Assembly: GCF_003918875.1 (NCBI RefSeq) | Contig: NW_025765148.1 | Location: forward strand, 434,001 to 498,000 | Direction of reading: 5' to 3' | DNA: 64,000 nt | Source: Haliotis rubra | Lineage: Eukaryota | Shown here: in pieces, positions 48,823 through 60,800 of the stretch | Numbering within the stretch: the stretch's first letter is position 1 | Layout: every line of letters begins with the position of its first letter | Translations under genes and position numbers: made by a program | The notes under the pieces: generated by a model | What the model saw: only the letters and a program-made list of their open reading frames with translations | Told to the model about the DNA's origin: nothing | Database searches by the model: none

Positions 48823-51800
48823 TCACGTGACCACATCTTCATCACTGTCTGGGTCTTCCGGGTCATCTGTCACGTGTTCCCGAGGGCTGCTGAGGTCTGC
48901 TTCCATATCTATTTAAAAATAACAAGAGAATTCCTCCAAACCATCGAATAAAGAACATTGGAACACATAATAGTTATAAATCATTACTACGATCTCCAGA
49001 CGTTCCCTTGGCGTTAGCAGGAGGTTTCGACTACACGGGGGCGGTAGGGATTGCTCGTCACACCGAAGACCTGGGTTCGATTCCCCACATGGATACAAGG
49101 TGTGAAGTCCATTTCCGCCGTGCTATTGGTGGCATATTGCTAAAACCGGCGTAAAACTAAATTCACTCATTCGACTACACAGTAACAACAGCAAATCTGA
49201 AAACATTACCTTCAAATACAAAATGCCCCTCTTTTAATTTCGCTCGTTACACTTTTACATGTATTGTCTGAAGCTTATCCAGTTACTTCTAATAGATTTC
49301 ACAAAAATAGAGTGAGTGAGTTTAGTTTTAAGCCGCACACAGCAATAATCAAGCTATGGCGGCGGTCTGTAAATAATCGAGTCTGGAGCAGACAATCCAG
49401 TGATGAACAGCATGAGCATTCATCTACACAACTGGGATACGATGACATGTGTCAACCAAGTCAGCGAACATGACCACCCGATCCCGTTAGTCGCCTCTTA
49501 CGACAAGCATGGGCTACTGAAGATCAATATTCTAACCAGGATCTTCACGGGTCTAAAGGGTAAGCAAAAGCAATGCGTGACAACTGTATCATTCGGGTGG
49601 TACGTACCTACGTATACCAACACAACAGGGCAACATTTATTTTTTTAAGGACAATATGCTTACACTCATTTCCATATGGGTTGGGTAGTTGTCCCGTGCC
49701 ATCTGCCTCACCCCCAGCCGGGATATCCGTACCGTGCAGCGTCCACAACACGGGGTGCGGGGTCGTGTTAAAGTAACCAAGGAGGGTACGGCCGTCACGT
49801 GACAAAAATATCTCTCGAGGCTGAAAAAACATATCATGATCATATATACTTGCACAGTTCATTTATAAGGAATCGGATACAGTGTCAGCCATAAGGTACT
49901 TCCATGTGTCCACTTGGGAGTGATGACGAGACACTCACTTAGGTTTTCATTAAGAAAACTATCAAGCCACGGGTAGCTTGGTGTGTCCGCAAACCAGATC
50001 GAGGAGAATACAGATGCAATTGCATAACAATGTCACATGTATTTTGAAAACATCGTTCCGTTCACATTTCGAGCATGTTATTTAGCGTAGTATGGTTGAA
50101 ATCAGATTTATACATCCTTGTCTTAGATGAGGTTATTTTATCAATTTGGGCGTCTACGCCAGTATAGAACCACCACCTACCCGTATATCCGGGGTAAATG
50201 AAGCCATACATTTTACTGGTGATGTCTGCCAAAGTTTCACAGTATTGTCGTCGATGTCGTTGTTGAAGGTGGTGAAGTAGGGACTGTCGTAGCGGCAACA
50301 GATACGTGACGTGCCTTGTCGACTGTGTACAGAGTCTAACTGGTCTCCTGACAATACATAATCAAGTGTCGTGGATCGGCGTTCCTCTTTACTGTAGTGA
50401 GTGAGTATGGTTTTACGTCGCTTTTAGCAATATTCCAGCAATATCACGGCGGGGGACACCAGAAATGGGCTTCACACATTGTACCCATGTGGGGAATCGA
50501 AGCCTGGTGTTCGACGTGACGTGCGAACGCTTTAACCATTAGGCTACCCCACCGCCTCCTTTACTGTACATTATATTGTAGGCTTTACCATAATCCCTAC
50601 ACGTGCATGCCTTCAGGATCTGAGGTGTGTGATACCGATGTATTAAAGGCACTATTTCATACCACACTTCTCAACAAAAACAAAAATGCTTTCGCTCTAT
50701 AATACTATCTATCAGCCCCAGGGAAGCTGCCATATAATTTATTCCATTTAAAAAAAAAATACGTAATTAGAATACAATAGTAAATTAAAATGTTCGAATG
50801 AATTAATGTAACGTTGCATTAAATCGACTCTCGCGCGCTCTACCGGCCGAAATTTATTGTCCCTTGCAGCGCTCTTTACGAATATCCTACAAGGCAACTT
50901 GTGATTGAAACCAGTTCGGCAAACACCGACAACACCGCGTGCGACAGTTTTCGATGTACAGAGCAAATGTTTACATTCCATGTATGGAAAGTGTTCTCTG
51001 TTTGGAAGCTGTTCGCCTGAAAGTTTCAATTATCGATTTCAGGCATATGGATAGTAAGCCTAAGTGCCCCAATATATATATAATACAGGCCAAAATATTG
51101 CCTTTAAAAGTAGGTGGTATGACCGACTATGTCAACGTCCCTGACAAGCGTCCCTTTCTGTCATCTGCCCACATTACACAGAAGCAACTGACATTCATGT
51201 TAAAATGGTGAAAATCCCATGTATGGGCATATGACTTACCTGTAGAAATGCTGAACACGTGTAGGTACGCGTCGGTGACAACGACAGCAGTGTCATCGGC
51301 CACAACATCGAATCTCCGCACCGGACCTTCACTCTGTTGAGTGCGCAGACGACAGTGCTCAGTCTCTGAAATATAACCACAGTTCAGTTAAAGGTAACAC
51401 CGTTTTCTCTTATCTTATTACACATTTTAAACAGTGTGAGCGAATTAGTTTTACGCCGCTTTTAGCAACATTCTAGCAATGTCACGGGACGCCAGAAATA
51501 GGCTTCACATATTATCATGCACGTTTATGCAAACAGTATAGCTGATGACAAATTAACACTTGCGTTTCAGACAACACACACACTAAAATATGTCATAATG
51601 AGTAAATATCTGGAAAACGTACTTTTTGTCATGTTCCACACAACGACAGAGTGTTTATCTTCTACATCCGGTCTGAACAGCATGAAGTTATCTGACGTCA
51701 TTCTGGCATCAACCACGTTCTTCAGAGACACAGCGGTTGTGTTGACAGAATACAGGTAACAACACGTCTTTGTGTTGAACACAAGTATCGGGCCTTTAGT

Positions 51801-54800
51801 TGTGCTGGCAAGTAACGTTTCCTCGTCAGTACTGAGCTGTAACAATCAACACCAAAACCTGACAAAATATCTCTTGGGACAAAATACATAGAGAATTTCA
51901 CCTGATTTTCTTTTGATATCAAATTTATCATCCAAAACTGTCTTCCACAGGAGATATTGCTTGTGTGAGATCAAATGATATCTCCTAGTAGATATCGCTT
52001 TGACAGTAGATTTTGTACAATACCCTGACAATGCTATGACGTCATGTACTTGATGACGCCACAATGCTATGACATCGCTTCACTGCAAGCCTAATGGCAG
52101 TACTGTGTTCGGAGATGTTCAGTTTTCATTGAAAACTAATGAAGGGTGATTTTGGATGATAAATAGAATCTCACCCTCGTGTCTTCTGATATCAATGATA
52201 TCAACACGAGTTGATAAAGTTACAAATATCCGAGGCTTGCCGATATATCCCCACGACTAAATAAAAGTGGGAAAACTCCGAGCACGAGTTGATGAAAGTG
52301 GGTTTTTTTATATCAAAAGACACGAGGGTGAGATTCTATTTATCATCCAATATCATACTTAATTTGTCGTTCAAGAGAAATTGAAAACGAAACGTCACTT
52401 GTAACAAGTCCATTTGAAGGCGTGCATATGAATGAGTGAGTGAGTTTAGTTTTACGCCGCTTTTAGCAATATTCCAGCAATATCACGGCGGGGGACACCA
52501 GAAATGGGCTTCACACATTGTACCCATTTGGGAAAATCGAACCCGGGTCTTCGGCGTAACGAGCGAACGCTTTAACCACTAGGCTACCCCACCACCCAGA
52601 CGTGCATATGAATACATCCAAGTAAACAAGAGTGAATGGAAAAGGGAACGAGTTACGCCATTGCATCATAAGAAAACAAGCACATAAAAAGTAGTGCTAA
52701 TATTTACTGCTTTAAATTCTGCAATGCATACATTTCACCATTTCTTGGTGGCATTGTAAGTAAACCTTTATGTCGTTAGAACAAATCATGAACAAAAATA
52801 ACTGTCAAAAATGAGTTGATTGCGGTGGTCATCTTTGTTTACAGCTAAGAAGATGAAAGTAGTCCAAAAATATTGACCAATCAGCAATTAGCTCAAAACG
52901 TACTAAAACGACATATCCGGGGAGATATCTCTTGATCTTCTACAAGCGACATCTACTCTGGAAACCTGTGTTGGATGATAAAGTTCTTTGTATACATTTC
53001 TCGAGGGTGTCAGTGTCGCAATTTGGTAAATTGGGCAATGGTCATTTTGGTCACCGTACCTGCAGCCCCGATATTCGCTCTGACTGACCCGCCTTCATCA
53101 CTGACGTCACACGACCCGTCGCCAAGGAATAAACTTTGATGTTCCGCCGTGCTTTTGTTGGTGTCACAGCTGAAACACAGTCAGTGAGTCCTTCATTTTT
53201 GCTTTCATTCCTGCCCTCCTGAAGAAAACTGATTCCTTCTTTAGTTCGTATGACAAGATGTTATGGGTTAACTGGTACTTTCACAAACCTTTGTCATATC
53301 CAATCACTCGGATGTCGTTCGGCGAGGTAGCCATTTTTTGGTAAAAAACCTTGTAACTGTTTGGTGAAGGTCAATGTCACAAGGTCAAGGATATTCGTAG
53401 TTCTGTCCCATGAGCCAACAAGTATTGTGCGATCGCCGTACGGAACGATCAGCTGATCTGACTTTTGCTGAGGAGAGAAAAAATAAAACATAATGGTTCT
53501 TGATTACTTTTTCTGAACTGACAAACGTGTTAAGAATTATAATCTAGCCAGTAAAAATAATTTCAAACCATTATCACCATCACTGTGGACACAGAAAATG
53601 GGCGCCACACATTGTAATCGTTTTAGGGATCGATCCCGGGCCTTCGTGGTGACAAGCAAACGCTTTAATCACCAGTCTACTCAAGAACCAATGGTCGTAA
53701 CACACGTCTGGGTTTTTTTCCACATCCGGTTATAGGTACGCATGCGCAGCGACTTTAATTACAAGGATGGTAACATGGCAATATCCCGGAAGTGTGTCTT
53801 TGGTGACACAAATATTCAGACAAAATCGCAAATGAGGCAGCTACTTGATTCCATTTGATACAGAAGACCATGATGATATGTTAAGTGTTGTCCACTAACA
53901 GCCTCAAGTCGTTTCTATAGACAGAAGACCAGTCAAAAAAAGTATGCCTACCAGTTTGACCTGTCGAAGAATGGTCGCCGTTGTGACGTCATACACCCGG
54001 ATGTACTCCTTGGACACGCCCCTTTGTTGGAATGACCCATGAAGCAGGAGGAACCGAGGGCTGTCCATGGTGTACATGGATCTGAAACAAGGGAGATAAT
54101 ACGTCCTATAGTGGCCGTGGTGGTTTAGTGTCGCCATTAACACTTTTTCACTTACATGATGCTGGAAGACAACCAGTGATGTCCGTCTCAGACATTTGCC
54201 AGTTTGAGGACCCCAATGAGCACGGGATATCACTGGAATAATTCTGGAACGACCTAAAACCTTACTCATTCACTCATTCTATGATACTTCCCTTAGGGAG
54301 GGATCAGTATCAACAATATAATAATGATGCCTTATTCGTGTACGTTCAGAACTTGCCTTTTCAGCTCGTTTGCTAAATAGCACGTGACATATTGAATGAA
54401 ATTCACAATGCCATGGGACTCAACCCCAAAAAGTACTAGAATCTGTACTTTACAAAGAAAGTGTAATCCCAAATATAACATATGCTACATATTGAATTGG
54501 TTCCTAACTTATAAATACCTCAATGGTGTTTGGCTGATTAGAATGTTCCCCTGGCGCTTTTCATGTAAGTGTCCTCAGAAAAGGATCCATTCTTCAGGAA
54601 TATATTGTAGATCGAAGGCCCAAATTTCCAACAAAACACAGACCACTTAGGTGCTTCGAATACGGTCGGTAGATTCTTTTTTTAAATGAACATTCATAAT
54701 CTGAATCTAGTAGTGTCGTGTGATTTACGTTTACGCTTCTTTTAGCAATATTCCAGGAACAGAGCAGGGAAGATTAGCCAGAAGTCCCCACGTGGGGAAT

Positions 54801-57800
54801 CGAACCCGTGATTTCGGCGTGACGAGCGAATGCTTTAACCATTAGGTTACTCCACCGCCCTCTGATCGTCGTACCCTACGGAGCGTAAAGACTTACTTCA
54901 GGACAAAGTACTCTGATGATGGGGCGCCACTTGTGGCGTCAGTTTTCATGGGCTGTTGTTCTGCTAGCAGAGCTCCCAGGCCCTCAGAGTCCTCTCGGGT
55001 CAGGTCCCAGATCCTCAGCATCAGGTCAGTGGTGGCCGTGACGAAGATGCGCATGTCCACCGTCAACGCGTTGACGACTGACCTATGGATATGCTGCAGA
55101 ACGATATGGCGTTCTGACTTTTGAAGGTCCCAAATGACCACGTTGTTCCAGTTGGAGGAGATTAGGTAGTTGCCGTCGGGGGTGGCGTGGAGGAACGGAG
55201 ACATACGGTCGTGCTTCACTCCTAAAGGGTCGGGACAATATGTGATGATTACACTTCACGTTCTGACTGCGGACATCTCGTCACATCTCGCGTGTGACAA
55301 CGAGATTAAGCAAGACATGAGCGTGAATTGAAATATACAAGCTTATGACAGATTTCTTCTTACAGGCACAATTTCAAACCACACGTCTCAAAAAAATAAT
55401 AATAATATTTTATGCATTTCGCACAATCATACTAACTATCAGCCCTCAGGGAAGCTACCAATTAATTTATTCAGCCAAAAATTACATATTTAGATTACAA
55501 TATTATATTAAAAAGTTCGAATGAATTAATTCAAAGTTGCATTAAAACGACTCTCGAGCCCTCTACCGGCCGAACATGATTTCAAGCAAACCCCATAGAG
55601 TTATGTCCCTTGGAGCGCTCTCTACGAATATCCCGTAACTTCTTTGGAGACAGAACTCAGTCTAGTGAATTCAGCCGCTGAAGCAACACCGGCACTCACC
55701 TACACGTGTTCAGCATTTACACAATTAGGTCAGATGCCTATACACTGGATTTCACCAAATGTGGCACCGCTCGTTAATTTCAACATGAATGGCGGACGGG
55801 AGAAGCTGACGCTGGTCAGGGACATTGACTTCGCCAGTGAAATTGGTTGACACATGACATCGTATCTCCATTGCGTAAATTGCTGCTCATGATCTTATCT
55901 CAGGAATGTCCAGACTCGATTATCTACAGACTGTCGTCATATTGCTGAGTGCGGCGTTAAGCACAACAAAAACTCAAAAACTATAAACTATCAACTTCAC
56001 CGAATACATTTATGGTTGATGGACGAACAACGTGTATTAATAGAAATTGTTTTAAAACAAAAGAGACGGTGGGTTGACTCACCGGGCAGAGTACGAACTA
56101 AATCACCATTGTGGATACCAAAGAACATATGATGACGAGACAGTCCCCCCACCGATAATCACGTGTTTCCGGTCCGCTGAGAACGCTGCACAACTGATAA
56201 TGTCCTGCATATTCCCCATGGATACTGGTAACGCTATCACTGTTGACAGGAAGGATGAATCCTTGACGTTGAAGATGAACATCTTGTTTCCATGGTTACC
56301 TTCAGATACTGCCACAAACTCCTCGCTTCCTGGGAAAATATCAGCGTTTATGTGTCAATCTAAAGTATCTGAATTATACATACTGGATTGCTAAAAATCT
56401 GTCACGATATGCAGAAATTCTGTCACCTTCAGGAAAAGTCGGAATTTGACATTCAGAAATTACAGGTTGAAATACATAATGCAAGTTGGCATGTATTTTT
56501 TGTCAATTGTCTGTTGTCTTGAATTGTTGTTTTATATACAATTTACACATATCAACAGACTGCATAATTTATTTATTTACACTGTTTCTCTGAGTTGTTC
56601 TAACGATGCACATAGTGAAGTCTCATATGACAGCATCAGGAACATCGAGGGCATCCATGGAACTCCACTCAAATTGTTTCATTGCTAAGAAACTTATATA
56701 TTTGAATGTTAGGTGGTGAATTCACTGATTATCCCATTCCGATGCCTCTGTTATGCGGCAGATGCCCTATTATTCTCAAAGTTTAAGATGATGTTTGGTA
56801 ATTTATCTATTTCCCGGTATTCTGTAGAATGTTTGCAAATATTTTCTTCAACCTTTAGTCTTGCTCATTAAGCGCTTAATCCCTGTACTAAAATATACCT
56901 TCTCTATGCCCCGCTCCTAAAATAGCCTCCGTCAAAGGATCGATGTGCACTCAAAGTATATTCTCAGCTCCCTGGGGTGTACACAACGTAACCTTCTCGT
57001 TTGTCGCCCAAAGCTATGCCAAATGCATTTGCATAAAAAGTCCACACTACCCAAGACAAAGGCAAACATAATGGTACACTGAGAAGTGTACATTTGGACA
57101 CTTATTGTATGCATGATTCAGAAAGACGATAACAGTTGGACTCTTTTGTTACAAACCTGCCACAACAGATGAACTTCCCATGCTCTCATCGTCCTGTACA
57201 TGCGCATTAGACGATGTTCCCAGAAACGCCCCATCAGCAGCTGAATATGTCTGAACGTTCTTCCCGAGAAACACAAACATGGCGGTCCTGTCCTTTCCAG
57301 CAAGACAGAACCCCGAGTTGGCCATGTAGTTGGAGAGAGTGTAAGCTTCCACTCCCGACTGGAGGTCGAATGCCCGGATGTTGTTGCTGGTGACAACGAC
57401 GACGAGAGTATCCGCACAGGCTGTGAAGACCCTGCTAGACCCAGGGCCTATGTCGTCTATGGAGCGGAGCAGTTTGCCGGTCCTGACATCCCACGTTTTC
57501 ACGGAGTTGTCCATTCCACCTGTGAGGACAGCGAACAATGGCGCTTTACGGCTTCCCGAGACAAGGGAGATAACTGGTTGTAAAATTCCAAGTTCCATCC
57601 GGCGCAAATAGTCCTTTTCAGACCCACAGTCGCCCTAAAACCTACCTACCAGTTCCCCCACTTGCAGCACTAGGTAGGAATTTGGAATTTGGCAGGGACC
57701 AACGAGCTGTATACGTGTGAAAATCGCTGACGAGACAAAGATCCGGCTCATAAACATGGCAGCTGACCTTGGGACTCTAGTAGATTCAAGAATTGCAGAG

Positions 57801-60800
57801 CACGTGTACCATTAACTGAGCGTCTACAGATATTCGTAATATTTTTTCATGTTTTATAAAGATTCTCAAATGACTTGATACACTTCGCGAACTAGGAACC
57901 GTTTCATTACTATAAAGATCATCAGATTGTCTTGACTATTCGACACCATCTCATTTGAAGCATGTGCAAGTTATATGAAAGGAGGAATCTGATTGGTCTC
58001 TGGAAAAGACATAAAAAGGGACATAACTCATCTCATCCATACACACAAAGCGTTTCAACAAAGCTGCACTTACATGTGACTGCCACTGTACCGTCACTGG
58101 TGAGGTCAAGACCGGTGATCTCCTGGGTGTGTTCCGCTGGGGAGTGGAGAAGAGCCCCACCAGTCTGGGTCACTATACGCTTGGATGGGAGCAGGAAGGG
58201 TGAGGGTGAGGCGTAGCACTGAGCGACGAAATCCTCCAGACCCTGATAACAATAGAAACGGAGCCTCAGAGCTTGGCGTTATATCGCCATTTCACCAATG
58301 TTAAATATGATCCTATAACTCTATCACAAAGAAATACATCTAGTCTAGGAAAGTGCAAGATTGAAAGTATCTCCTGACGTATTTCTTGTCTTCTACCTTC
58401 CTATGTAGCCTTTCTGAACAGGCATCATGTATTTTAATGTATTTTCTTCAGAAATGTTCAAGGATCCGGTCACGTGTGTCCCATGCGATAACCGTCCTTA
58501 AACCAATGACGATATGTATATTTGCTCATATACTGAGTGGTTGAGTGAGTTTAGTTTTACGCCGCTTTTATCAATATTCCAAAATATCCCAGCTGGGGAC
58601 AGCAGAAAAGTTGGCTTCACACATTGTGCACACCTTGGGAATCGAACCCAGGTCTTCGGCGTGACGAGCAAATAGGCTACCCTATCGCCCTTGTCCATAT
58701 ACACATGCTGTTTTTGGATGCGTGAATACTTATTTAATCTCTCTCACCAACTCTTACGTCGATCAATGTGTTGGCTCCTGGTTGCATATACAGACACTAA
58801 CGTTGTATAGTTAGCTGATGTAAAAGTAGGAGTCTCGAATAAAGGAACGCTACTGACGTTTCTGTCCTTGATCCTGCTAATGAGCTGAGCCGGAAGTTCG
58901 TCAGGACTGGTGACCAGTGCACTCTGAGACAGGTGTATTGCTTCTGACAGCGTCTTGAGCGGTTGAATATCTGGAAAGCGGGAGGTGGCATCGAGGTAGT
59001 CGTCGGTCACTTGCCTGTAACGAACCAAAGAGATCAAACGCTATCAACTAAATCAGTCTGTGGTATTCTACTACAATACAGCCCATATTGAGTCTTTTTG
59101 GAAAGTCGTAACGCATTGAAAATCGGCTCTCTGCAGAGTTGTTTCCCATTTTTTGCTGTGAGGATGGTTTTACACAGCGTTTAGCAACATTTTCGCAATA
59201 TCGAGGCGAAATCAGCTTCCGCAATAGGCTTGTCACTCTGTACCCGTGAGGGGTATCGAACCCGTTTCTCGACGTGACGAGGGAACGCTATAACCAGTAT
59301 GCTACCCCATCGCCAAATTAAAACAATATATCTATATTTTCAAACATTCAACATTCCAAGACGGACAAAAGAAATGTTGACCAAACAGTCTCCACGCCCC
59401 AAAATATAGAAGAATATGAAAAGGAGTTGGACATGCTTACTGACTTGTGTTAAATCGACAAGGCAAAGCAGGAACCGTACTCACCTCAGGCCCTCGGACT
59501 TCAACTTGGCCGACACAAACTCCAGATTACACAAACATTCCTCCATGAGTAGCTCGCCCTGACCCGCCCTCTGGTGATGATACGTTAGGTTGTTTAACTT
59601 CCGGCGATTAAAATTCGTACCATACTTGACTGGCTGTGAGGTCACATGACGGTCAGCTTTTCCGGACTGACCTTTTGAATCTGTGTATGGTTTAGCGTTT
59701 CCTTGAGAAAAAAAACAAAATAATAATGTCTTTCAGGGTACGTAGGTCGTTAACTATTATAGTATTTGTTGTAAAAATATGTCAATTCTTGATTTAACAT
59801 TAAAACAAACTGCATTTTATGATTGTGAAGCTGAAATTATTGAGTATGGTTTTACGCCGCTTTTAGCAATAGTCCAGTAACTTCCATGCGGTGGACACCA
59901 GAAATGGGCTTCACACATTGTTTCCATGTGGGGAATCGAACCTGGGTCTTCAGCGTGGCGAACAGATGCTTTATTAGGCTACCCTACCGCCCCGTGATGT
60001 TGAATGCATTACCGGTAAAACAAGACATGCACAAGAAACATCCGTCATCAGCCTGTCTTTAACCAACCGCTCTTCAGCAAATTTCTTCCTTGTAAATATA
60101 AAATAAAGGTGCAATAAAGGTGGATTCAAACGGTGCAGCCAGTGCAACCGGTCGTATGTTTATGATCATTTAAAAACTTACTTATACTGTTTGAAGTAAG
60201 TTTGGTGCAAAATTATCGCTTATTTGCAGTACCATTTGACCAAATTCCCGAGAAGAACTCTCCCAGAGCGCGATGCCTTTGAGCAACATCTTTAGCGTCT
60301 GAGCAATATCTGTCTAATGCCGCCTCGATGAACTGTCTGTGGTACCAGTAGAACACCCTCACGCTATCAGCTCCTCGGTCCACCAAGTACGGCCCAAGTT
60401 CGGCCTTGACCCTCACTAGGAGCAGAGGCGGAAGTCGTCTGATTGGCGGAGTCCAGTACATGTACACGTCATTCAGGACATCATCGTCACATGACAGGAT
60501 GTCCTCCAACTCTGTCTCTGATAGGCCAGATCTGCCTAGGGAGAGGACGGACGTGTGTATAGAAACCGTAATGTATAGATTTATAACGTAATAACACAAC
60601 AGCAATCAACATGACATACCATCACTATCCATATACGTAGATGACGACTGAAGTAATTCATAATGCCCGCTTGAGCCTATCGTATTCGTGAATAAGTGAG
60701 TTTAGTTTTACTCCGCACTCAGCAATATTCCAGCTATAAGGAGGCGGTCTGTAAATAATTGAGTCTAGCCCAGGCAATCCATCAGCATCGATCTACGCAA

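Noticed and set aside
45911-48823. Functional link between the NWD-like receptor and the peptide cluster
   Set aside because: Only adjacency supports it; in animal genomes proximity alone is not evidence without conserved synteny or co-expression.
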